Virus genome (UHGV): UHGV-0010228
Length of the DNA: 64,000 nucleotides
From: a virus
Reading direction: 5' to 3' (one strand)
A program made the position numbers and the translations under genes. This document shows, piece after piece, positions 51,909 to 60,600 of this stretch. Under the pieces are notes generated by a model. The model searched no databases. It saw only the letters and a list, made by a program, of their open reading frames with translations, and had not been told where the DNA came from. Numbering within the stretch: position 1 is the stretch's first letter; each line of letters begins with the position of its first letter.

Positions 51909-52131
51909 TAATTTATTCCTCCTTTTTAATAGGATATTTAACTTTTAAAATTTATATTCTTTTAAATTTTTATTTATATGTTTTAGCATATAAAACCAAT
52001 TAATATTTAGTTCTAGAGTAATTCTTACATCTATAAATATGAGCAAATTATAAATCGTACTATAAATAAATATATTTATATATTTATTTATAGCAACTTA
52101 TTGTGTTGTCTATAGAAAGGAGATTTATAAT

Positions 52132-54222
52132 ATGGCTTTTTATAGATGTGATAGAGGATTAGGATTTGATACTAGTAATAGTACAGGAAATAGTAGTGAT
52201 GTATTGTATCCAATTAAATATAATGAATATTCAACGGGACAAATTCGCAATATAATCTTAACTACATTACAATCAAATTTCGCTTTTGAATCAACTTTCT
52301 GTTATAACTGTTATAATAAGAATGATTTTAATTTTAAATTAGATTGTAATGAAACCGACATTAGAAAAGATGTGAGCATATATGATATTGTAGGATCACG
52401 CAAATTTGTACCTAGAGTAAATTTTAAAGAATTTAGATCTAGTAAATATTCCGAAATATTTAACGGCATTAATGATACATGTGATATTATTAGTGATATA
52501 TATGAAGATTCTATATTTATATTTATAGCTCTAAATACAACAATAATTTTAGTGATTACTGATATGAATTTAAACATCATTTCAAGAGAAAAGTTTGATA
52601 TCTCAAATCTATTTATAAATTTGATATCTGAGAATTATAAAAATGAAATTGATAACATTTGGTCAGAAATTAAAAAATATATTAAAAATCCGATATCATA
52701 TGCTTTTAATGATTGTGATGATGCTGAAGTTCCAACATTAATCGAGTCTCTATTTAAAATAAAAAAATCGGATTGTTCTTATTTTAAATATCTGCCAATA
52801 ATTGACAAATTTGATATTGATCTTAATGATAAATTTTCTGATAGCTTTATACACTCAGATTTGGTCGATATGCGTATAGGTACAGGTCAAAACGAAATAA
52901 TTGACAATCTCATATTCATTGACGATAAGATTATATTTAAAGGATTTATCTACGTAATACTCCGCACTGAAGATGATATCCCTATAAAATTGGAATATAA
53001 GTTTAAAAATGCTGATCAGACATATTTAAATACATCTATTAAATATTCAAGGAGATCATCTAGTATTATATCATATACATATATCCTCGATGTACTATAT
53101 GAATATGATATAATATCAAAAAAAATAACTATCAAAAAACATAATCGTCTAAACCCAAATACAGATTCTATTAATGATATTTATGCTATGGAACCATATA
53201 TTACACAATATCAAACACTAAGATCATACGACCCTAACAGATTTTCTAAATATGTCAATTCAACGGGTAAATACATACAATCTTCTCAATTGTATTATTT
53301 TTATTCTCCAGACAAGTGTCAATTAATACAATATGACATTGCAAGCTGTTCTATAATTTCTACTACAAAAGATGATAAGGTAAGTAATCCAACATATGAT
53401 AGTTTTTATTATGATACGAAATCTAATATAATATATATCGTTGATACATATTATGATTCTTCGATACAGGTCAGCCGTTTCACGAATAATTTAGATAAGA
53501 TATCATCGTTTTCTGTATCAATGAACGGAATCGAGTTGGATTCTCCTTTTTTAAAAATAAACGACCCTAATTTGACAAACACGGCATATAGAAAAATATA
53601 TTTACGAAATGCCAGTACTAATAATACTGCTAAATCATATGGTATATTCGTAGAGAATGACATAATTAACTTTTTTGTAACTATAGATCGAGTATGTCAG
53701 AATCCTATTAAAATTGTTGGAAATTCATGTCATATTGCCAATCTTAGAATTTCGTGCGATACAGGCAATCTAATCGATATACAATCTCCAAATACTCAAC
53801 AGTTTAACTCGAACTTTAAAAATGTTCAATGTCTCAAGACATTGAACACCGAGATAATGTCAACTAATGACATTATTGATCATATATTTAGAGTATCGGT
53901 ATATCGTATTTCTAATGAATACGTAGGACGTTTACACTATCGATTAGGGAAGATGAGTGACACATATAAATTAAATATTGATTATATATTTACCGGTGTA
54001 TATAACACGATATGTCATATAATTATTCGAAATAATGGATTGTATTTCACATTACTAATAAAAAATCAATATTCGAATCTAACCGATTATGAAAATATCA
54101 ATTCTTATAATGTCATAATTAATCCATCTACTCTTTATCTTCTTAATGATTATGATACTAACTATAATGGTTATAATATAGATTCTTCTAATTCTAATTA
54201 TACAGATTACTATTTTAATTAA
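52132..54222 (+). CDS. large Asn/Tyr/Ile-rich hypothetical protein (possibly structural)
   Basis: 696 aa, AAAGGAGA RBS; low-complexity composition; no motif. Confidence 0.55.
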   Translation: MAFYRCDRGLGFDTSNSTGNSSDVLYPIKYNEYSTGQIRNIILTTLQSNFAFESTFCYNCYNKNDFNFKLDCNETDIRKDVSIYDIVGSRKFVPRVNFKEFRSSKYSEIFNGINDTCDIISDIYEDSIFIFIALNTTIILVITDMNLNIISREKFDISNLFINLISENYKNEIDNIWSEIKKYIKNPISYAFNDCDDAEVPTLIESLFKIKKSDCSYFKYLPIIDKFDIDLNDKFSDSFIHSDLVDMRIGTGQNEIIDNLIFIDDKIIFKGFIYVILRTEDDIPIKLEYKFKNADQTYLNTSIKYSRRSSSIISYTYILDVLYEYDIISKKITIKKHNRLNPNTDSINDIYAMEPYITQYQTLRSYDPNRFSKYVNSTGKYIQSSQLYYFYSPDKCQLIQYDIASCSIISTTKDDKVSNPTYDSFYYDTKSNIIYIVDTYYDSSIQVSRFTNNLDKISSFSVSMNGIELDSPFLKINDPNLTNTAYRKIYLRNASTNNTAKSYGIFVENDIINFFVTIDRVCQNPIKIVGNSCHIANLRISCDTGNLIDIQSPNTQQFNSNFKNVQCLKTLNTEIMSTNDIIDHIFRVSVYRISNEYVGRLHYRLGKMSDTYKLNIDYIFTGVYNTICHIIIRNNGLYFTLLIKNQYSNLTDYENINSYNVIINPSTLYLLNDYDTNYNGYNIDSSNSNYTDYYFN

Positions 54223-54227
54223 TAAAA

Positions 54228-54278
54228 AATACATACTATCTATAATAGATAGTATGTATTTAGTTTAGTTTTTTTTTT
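54228..54278 (+). terminator. rho-independent terminator
   Basis: aatacatactatctataatagatagtatgtatt ... T10. Confidence 0.7.
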
Positions 54279-54326
54279 CATATACATTATATTAATTATA
54301 ATTTATAGAAAGGAGTATATTATATA

Positions 54327-54896
54327 ATGTTTGATCTATATAATACACTTGTTGCATATGAGGGATTATTAAAGAATGCATATAATAGTTATAAAACTAA
54401 TATAAACAATGCAAATCTTATGCGAAAAATCGAGAAAACTATTGAAAAGTCATCTGAGTTTTATTTGAAGTTTATTGGTGAGGGTGATGATAAAACTAAA
54501 GAGGAAGCTGCTAATTTTTTTGAAAAGTGGGCACAATTATGTTACTCCAATACGATTAAATTTAATAAATCAATATTTTTAAAAGGATATGTAAATAAAT
54601 ATGAGTATTTACTAAAGGGTGGATATGCTGAACGATATGGATTAACATCTGAAACCCAATTAAATCCGGATAATCCCATGATGCAAGATATATTAAATGA
54701 TGCTTATCTTGGAATTATTGAAAAGCTATCATATAAAGGTCAACTTGTATATCTCATGGGCACTCCAGATAACTATATTTATTACTTTACTGATGATAAA
54801 GGAAATTTTGTCATGAAATATAATGATGAAATGTTGGATGAAATTATAAAGTACTATCAGAATAATATTGATGAGTATAATGCAAAGTTCAAATAA
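54327..54896 (+). CDS. hypothetical protein, MFDLYNTL-leader family member (MFDLYNTLVAYEGLLKN)
   Basis: 189 aa; conserved leader block upstream. Confidence 0.55.
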   Translation: MFDLYNTLVAYEGLLKNAYNSYKTNINNANLMRKIEKTIEKSSEFYLKFIGEGDDKTKEEAANFFEKWAQLCYSNTIKFNKSIFLKGYVNKYEYLLKGGYAERYGLTSETQLNPDNPMMQDILNDAYLGIIEKLSYKGQLVYLMGTPDNYIYYFTDDKGNFVMKYNDEMLDEIIKYYQNNIDEYNAKFK

Positions 54897-54910
54897 AGGA
54901 GGTATTATAT

Positions 54911-55405
54911 ATGAATGATATAATAGTAATGGAAGGATTAATTTCTAAAATGAGAAATCGTTTAAAATTGAAAAAGATTAAAAAGAATTCTGCACCTTAT
55001 AAAGAAATAACTCATGATGAATTTATAAAAAATTATTTAAATAAAATTAAAAAATGCCAAAATTTAATGTGGACAAATATGATGAAATTAAAATCGAAGT
55101 ATCCTATGATAACTAAAATGATTTCTAAGCGTAGTGATAATGAAATGATAGTTCCGGTAAATGATGTTCATATAAACACTTATGTGTATTTAATAGATTA
55201 TGATGGATCAAATGTTGAATCACATGAGAAGCAATATTCAAATTTTGATAGATCTGAATTAGAACCAGCTCTATCAGAAATTGCTAAGGAATGTGTTGAT
55301 AAAATATTTGGTAATGATTCAAATATTGGTTATGATGAAGGTGGAGATTATAAAGAAGTCTGCTATGGAATTGTATTTAGAGATACTTTTATACATGTAA
55401 ATTAA
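54911..55405 (+). CDS. hypothetical protein, MEGLI-leader family (MNDIIVMEGLISK)
   Basis: 164 aa, AAGGAGGTATTAT RBS 14 nt after previous stop. Confidence 0.55.
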   Translation: MNDIIVMEGLISKMRNRLKLKKIKKNSAPYKEITHDEFIKNYLNKIKKCQNLMWTNMMKLKSKYPMITKMISKRSDNEMIVPVNDVHINTYVYLIDYDGSNVESHEKQYSNFDRSELEPALSEIAKECVDKIFGNDSNIGYDEGGDYKEVCYGIVFRDTFIHVN

Positions 55406-55410
55406 TAATA

Positions 55411-55448
55411 TATAACGTTTAGTGATATTTATCACTAAACGTTATATA
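55411..55448. terminator. bidirectional terminator
   Basis: atataacgtttagtgatatttatcactaaacgttatat. Confidence 0.7.
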
Positions 55449-55456
55449 TTATTAAT

Positions 55457-56032
55457 TTAGTTTCTTTTTCCATATAAGATCTCGGACAATTCATCTGAAC
55501 CCATATTCGGAATTTGAATCACAAGAGGGCCACCATCCCAATCTCCACCATATTCGTATTTCATATTATCGATACCATATTTATCAATTGCCGATTCAAT
55601 AATCATATCAATTGCTTTCCACGTCTGATTATATCTAGGATCATCGCCCCATTCTCGAACATTTATAGATTTATCATATTTTAGTATTTCATAAATGTCA
55701 TAATCTATAATGGTATATTCAATATTATTGTCATATGTTGATAATACATTTTCGTTTTCGACATATCCAACTAATTTAAATATATATTTAGCTTCTGGGT
55801 ATTTCTTTATAAGATTATTATATTCTCTTTTAACTTCATTATATATCTTAATAAATATAGGTTTATATTTAGATCTAAATTCATCTAAAGATATATTTTT
55901 AATATTATTAGATTTAGAATTATTATTAATATATCTAGATTTAGTCTGATTATTAGTAGCGTAAGCCTTATTTTTATTTATTTTATCTCTTAATCTCTTT
56001 ATTAATCCTTCCATTACTATTATATCATTCAT
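55457..56032 (-). CDS. hypothetical protein, MEGLI-leader family (MNDIIVMEGLIKR)
   Basis: 191 aa; first 10 residues identical to 54911 product; conserved leader block upstream. Confidence 0.55.
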   Translation of the reverse strand: MNDIIVMEGLIKRLRDKINKNKAYATNNQTKSRYINNNSKSNNIKNISLDEFRSKYKPIFIKIYNEVKREYNNLIKKYPEAKYIFKLVGYVENENVLSTYDNNIEYTIIDYDIYEILKYDKSINVREWGDDPRYNQTWKAIDMIIESAIDKYGIDNMKYEYGGDWDGGPLVIQIPNMGSDELSEILYGKRN

Positions 56033-56087
56033 ATATAATACCTCCTTATATTATATATAATATTAATATAATGTATAATAAAAAAAC

Positions 56088-56116
56088 AAGTGAATGACTA
56101 ATATTAGTCATTCACT
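56088..56116 (-). terminator. rho-independent terminator for minus-strand gene
   Basis: aagtgaatgactaatattagtcattcact preceded by A-run on + strand. Confidence 0.65.
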
Positions 56117-56127
56117 ATTATTAACTA

Positions 56128-56979
56128 TTATATTGCCATCATCTTTGCAATTTCATCTGGGTTAAGAATTTTAATTTTAGTCATAGTCGTAAGTGTCCAT
56201 TTACATAAATTTGAAATTTGTGCGGTTATATTTTTTAGCGCTTTAGTATATTCATCCGTTAATTCATGAATATTCTCAAATTTAGTTACTCGATTTTCAA
56301 TCACTTTAAATTCATATACACATTTCATTATATTTGTATATACAGCTTTATACTCATCGAGTGAATCGACTAAATCCACCTCAAGAGTAAAAGTGTCAAC
56401 TTCATCAAGAGCATTATTAAGTCTGTTAATAATTACTGGAGCTGACTTTGTATCATAATGAATAAGATAGTCTCTTACATCAGCTTCAAACTTTCCAGTT
56501 TTATATAATTCATTGGGATTATCTAAAAATTTTACATAATTTCGGGTATATTGAAGAGTTTCTCTTAGCCATTTATTTGTCTGTTTAAGTTCATACTTTA
56601 TTTTATCAGTCAAAGTTTTAATTTTTTCTTTCTCTTCTTTTCGAGTTCTTTCCACTTCATCAACTATATTACGTCTCTTTCTGTTATTTACTCTTTTTTG
56701 TTCATTCGGTTTATTATCTTCATTACCTCTAGTTTCACTCTCATTCATTTTTTCATTCGTCTTACCTTTCATATTCTTTATCATTAAATATACTTTCTTT
56801 ATCTTTCTACCTAATAATATAAATCCATTCTTTATTCCTTCCCATATCTTCTTTATAACAGACCATATACCTTTACCTACATTCTTTACTTTATCTATGA
56901 TACCTTCATAAGAGGGTTCTAATTCTCCCCCCCCCCCAATTATATTATATGATTCTAATGTATTATATAAATCAAACAT
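56128..56979 (-). CDS. hypothetical protein, MFDLYNTLESYNI-leader family member with homopolymeric Gly-encoding G11 tract
   Basis: 283 aa; MFDLYNTLESYNIIGGGGELEPSYEGIIDKVKNVGKGIW; the GGGG is encoded by an 11-nt C run on + strand (56927-56937). Confidence 0.55.
   Translation of the reverse strand: MFDLYNTLESYNIIGGGGELEPSYEGIIDKVKNVGKGIWSVIKKIWEGIKNGFILLGRKIKKVYLMIKNMKGKTNEKMNESETRGNEDNKPNEQKRVNNRKRRNIVDEVERTRKEEKEKIKTLTDKIKYELKQTNKWLRETLQYTRNYVKFLDNPNELYKTGKFEADVRDYLIHYDTKSAPVIINRLNNALDEVDTFTLEVDLVDSLDEYKAVYTNIMKCVYEFKVIENRVTKFENIHELTDEYTKALKNITAQISNLCKWTLTTMTKIKILNPDEIAKMMAI
56927..56937. repeat. 11-nt homopolymeric C/G tract inside coding sequence
   Basis: ctccccccccccccaat; the only long G/C homopolymer in the AT-rich window. 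Confidence 0.9.
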
Positions 56980-56991
56980 TATAATACCTCC

Positions 56992-57849
56992 TTAGAGATT
57001 CTTCATGAAGTCCATAATTTCACGATTATATTTTAATTCTGGCTTTACAAAGATTCTACCTTCATCAGTTCTCATTGTAATCATATTAGAAGATCTATCA
57101 TATGCAACAGATTCTAGAGCTGGATTCATCTCATCAATAACCCTATTAACTCTTTCAGACTTACTTAATACTATATCAGTAAATGATTCCATGACAGTTT
57201 CGAATTTATTTTTAGATACAATATTCTTAACTGGAATATCCATGTCCATATATGCATTAGAATGTGATGGTAAGTATACTCTATCGTAGCAAACCAATCT
57301 ACCAGGACCCATAACATCTATTGTGCCATCAGGGTTTTTTCTCTGAGGTACTAACGATCTAGCAGAAAATGCTCCTCTAATGCCTTGTAATATATTTCTC
57401 ATAAATTTATATCCAGGAGATCCAACACCTTCATCAAGCGTCTCTACAACACCATGGAGTTCTTTACCTCTCCACTCTAATGATTTAATAATATGAGAGC
57501 AATTATTAGGATCTATATTAGCAATTCTCTCCAATGAAACTTCACCAGTTGTTGGAATTGGATGTCCTGCTTCGCCTGGCCATCCACCTGCTTTAGTTAA
57601 GAATTCCTGTACGAATTCCTGAGCTAACATAGTTCTTACATGATCTGCATTCCAAAGTCTTCTATTTCTATTTCTTCCATAGAAATCCTGTAAGCAAGTT
57701 GAGAATCTTAAGTAATTAAGTCCATTTTCATTTTCAACATGTTTGAGTATTTCTATATTATCATTCTGTGGCATAGCAGCTTCCATTACCACATAATAAT
57801 CTAAATAACGTTCATCATTAGGATTAAATTTCGGCATAATGATAAACAC
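56992..57849 (-). CDS. prohead core protease (T4 gp21-like serine protease)
   Basis: WPGEAGHPIPTTGE ~ T4 gp21 LLGELDHPAD (catalytic His); FSARSLVPQRKNPDGTIDVMGPGRLVCYDRV ~ gp21 GFSLRGIGKEVRNEDGTINKQLIQMVCYDAV (catalytic Ser region); start codon uncertain (track start GTG). Confidence 0.75.
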   Translation of the reverse strand: MFIIMPKFNPNDERYLDYYVVMEAAMPQNDNIEILKHVENENGLNYLRFSTCLQDFYGRNRNRRLWNADHVRTMLAQEFVQEFLTKAGGWPGEAGHPIPTTGEVSLERIANIDPNNCSHIIKSLEWRGKELHGVVETLDEGVGSPGYKFMRNILQGIRGAFSARSLVPQRKNPDGTIDVMGPGRLVCYDRVYLPSHSNAYMDMDIPVKNIVSKNKFETVMESFTDIVLSKSERVNRVIDEMNPALESVAYDRSSNMITMRTDEGRIFVKPELKYNREIMDFMKNL

Positions 57850-57952
57850 CGTCCTTTCTTTTTTGAATTATAGCATTGTTAATCCATAAGAATATAGAGA
57901 TTTAAACCATTAAATAAATCTAAAATAATAAAGAAAGGTGGGATAAAATCGA

Positions 57953-59761
57953 ATGACACCTTATAATAAACAACCAGAATTTTCTCTGGATGATAGTGAT
58001 GTGTTAGATAAATTAATAGATTATTGTACGAAGGATACCTCTAACCTAAATTTAAAAAATGATTTCTTTAATAGGGTTTATGATATTCTTCTTAAAGCAA
58101 CGCCATCATATAATTCATCTATATGCTCTTCCAGAAATATAGATTTTATATTATGGCTATATCGATTTGAAAAGGTTGGTAATCCCAATAGTACTCCGAA
58201 TTTATTAAATTTATATTTTAATAAAATTTACGAATTTCATTTAGACTATGGATTACAAAAATCAGTAGATTTAATAAATTCATTTTGTAGACGTTCAATA
58301 GATGAAACATCTAATCTTAAAAGTGAAGAGATAAGATTTTATGCACTGCTTTTCATACTATATTATATATATTCATTATATGATGAGCAGGAAAATAATT
58401 TATACATAGAAACTTTAATAAAAACTTTTATGGATAATCCACATACGCAAGATGTTATGTTTATATATATTGAGGATATATATATCCCGAATGATCGCAT
58501 TATTAATTATACTAATTTAAATCAGTACTTATTCCATAATGGTATCATATTTAAATCAGTAGAGAATTTAACAATAGAAAATCTTATGAAAAACACATTA
58601 GACGGATCTATTAATAATATAGATCCAGAGTATAATAAAATATATACTTTATTATGTATGAAAATTTGTGATATATTTAATTCTCGAAATCATATTCTTA
58701 AATTCATTGATGATGCAATAGATAATTTTTTAATATATCGATCTAGGATTAAGATTAATAATGCTAAATATGAAAATTTTACAACATCTGATTATGCAAC
58801 TGGATATCTTGCAAGTACTATGGATGCTAGAATTGCCAGTTATTTGAAAACTGCAAATATGTATAATGATGATATCTATAAAAAATCTTCATTAGAAAGT
58901 TTCATATCAGATTTTCATTATAACATAATTCCAGAATTTAAATCATATATAAAAGATGATTATAAAGATAAGGAAAATTATATCATAACATCTTTCATAT
59001 ATGAAAATTTAAAAGCTTTTGATTTGAGAGATAATTCAGAAATTAAAGAATTTTTTGATGAATATCTGCCATCAATGGAGTGTACCATTCCATTACCAGC
59101 ATATGAAGCAACTAATGATGATATAGATCCAGAACCAAGTAGTGAGGCCCCGGTTGATGAAGATGATTTAGAAACTCCAACATCAAATGGTAATTATAGA
59201 AGAAAGAAATTTAAAAAGGATAAATTGAAAAAATCAGTTGCTAGTAAAACAATGGGTGCAGAAAAGAAAATATATAGTGCTTATCGTCAGTATAAAGAGA
59301 AAGAAACTGCTGTAGATAATCAGTTAGTGAAAATGACTAATGTTATGAAAGATAAGTTTAAGGGTAATGTTAGAGAAGAAATCATTGGTGGTAAAGTATG
59401 GACACCAATAACTATACTTAAAAAAGCTCTAGGAACTGCAGCGATATTTTCCTTTTCAAAGATAGGTGGTATATTAGCATTTATAGTTGGGCATTATACT
59501 AAGAGAAAAGTAAAGAATAAAGAACGAAAAAAGATAATTCTTGAATTGGAATTAGAAATTAAAATGTTAGAAGAAAAAATAGAAGATGCTAAAGGCGATG
59601 GAAACCGTCAGGCTAAATATGCAATGATGCGCACTAAAGCTGAATTGGAAAATGCTGTTGAAAAGATTAAATTTGGTCTAGAAGCTGATGATAAAGCTAT
59701 ACAGGCAGGAAAGAATGTAATAAAAGGTGGAGTAAATGCTGCACTTTCAAATTTAAAATAA
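57953..59761 (+). CDS. hypothetical protein with C-terminal coiled-coil and hydrophobic segment (possible head assembly/scaffold-associated)
   Basis: 602 aa, AAAGGTGGG RBS; C-terminal KAELENAVEKIKFGLEADDKAIQAGK; GTAAIFSFSKIGGILAFIVG hydrophobic stretch. Confidence 0.55.
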   Translation: MTPYNKQPEFSLDDSDVLDKLIDYCTKDTSNLNLKNDFFNRVYDILLKATPSYNSSICSSRNIDFILWLYRFEKVGNPNSTPNLLNLYFNKIYEFHLDYGLQKSVDLINSFCRRSIDETSNLKSEEIRFYALLFILYYIYSLYDEQENNLYIETLIKTFMDNPHTQDVMFIYIEDIYIPNDRIINYTNLNQYLFHNGIIFKSVENLTIENLMKNTLDGSINNIDPEYNKIYTLLCMKICDIFNSRNHILKFIDDAIDNFLIYRSRIKINNAKYENFTTSDYATGYLASTMDARIASYLKTANMYNDDIYKKSSLESFISDFHYNIIPEFKSYIKDDYKDKENYIITSFIYENLKAFDLRDNSEIKEFFDEYLPSMECTIPLPAYEATNDDIDPEPSSEAPVDEDDLETPTSNGNYRRKKFKKDKLKKSVASKTMGAEKKIYSAYRQYKEKETAVDNQLVKMTNVMKDKFKGNVREEIIGGKVWTPITILKKALGTAAIFSFSKIGGILAFIVGHYTKRKVKNKERKKIILELELEIKMLEEKIEDAKGDGNRQAKYAMMRTKAELENAVEKIKFGLEADDKAIQAGKNVIKGGVNAALSNLK

Positions 59762-59778
59762 GAAAGGAGAAAATATAA

Positions 59779-60495
59779 ATGGGTTTAGTTAATGATTTTC
59801 TCTTTACTTACGCATTAGAAGCTGATGATATTACAGGAGAAGCTCAGGCTGGTGCTAGACAAATTGCCGGTGGACCAAATCCTGCCGGTGGACCAGGTGC
59901 TAATGCAAATGTTGGAGATGAACCAGATGACATATCTAAAACAGATGATATATTTGGTACTGCAGGATCAGATGATGATCCAATAAATGGAAATACTAAT
60001 AATGCTCAGAATTTAAATCAGAATCCACAAAATAATATGAATAATAATGATCCATTTGGTAATGATTCTAATAATATGGGAAATAATGATCCCAATGATG
60101 GTGGATTTGGTGATACAAATAATTCTTCGATGGATGATGGATTTGGAGAAAATAATGAGCAGGATAAATCCGATCCTCCATATTATGATAAGAATAAGTT
60201 AAAAAATAATATGCTGTATTTATACAATTTAACAAATTCATCAAATGATGCTATTGTAGAATTAAGATCAAAATTGAACGATCCTAGTAGTATCAAAGTA
60301 TGTAATATGGTAAATTCTAATTTAACTGCTCTTAGCGATTGTATATATGAAACAATTACTGATAAAATAGCTAATGCTACATATCAAGATATGCTTAGAG
60401 AGTATATATCATTTAAACGTATATATGACCTATGTACGGAAATAATGAATAAACATTTTGATAATGCGATTAAAGATAAGAAAAAGAAAAAATAA
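59779..60495 (+). CDS. low-complexity Asn/Gly/Asp-rich (disordered) protein with MGLVNDF leader
   Basis: 238 aa, AAAGGAGAAAA RBS; MGLVNDFLFTYALEADDITGEA...; NNMNNNDPFGNDSNNMGNNDPNDGGFG. Confidence 0.5.
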   Translation: MGLVNDFLFTYALEADDITGEAQAGARQIAGGPNPAGGPGANANVGDEPDDISKTDDIFGTAGSDDDPINGNTNNAQNLNQNPQNNMNNNDPFGNDSNNMGNNDPNDGGFGDTNNSSMDDGFGENNEQDKSDPPYYDKNKLKNNMLYLYNLTNSSNDAIVELRSKLNDPSSIKVCNMVNSNLTALSDCIYETITDKIANATYQDMLREYISFKRIYDLCTEIMNKHFDNAIKDKKKKK

Positions 60496-60502
60496 CGCAT
60501 CG

Positions 60503-60535
60503 TTAATCCACGTTATTTTAAAACGTGGATTAATA
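60503..60535 (+). terminator. rho-independent terminator
   Basis: ttaatccacgttattttaaaacgtggattaa. Confidence 0.6.
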
Positions 60536-60600
60536 CTATTAACAATAAAATAAAATTATTTAGCAAATTAATAGTTAAAAATAAAAGGAGGAAACTCTCA

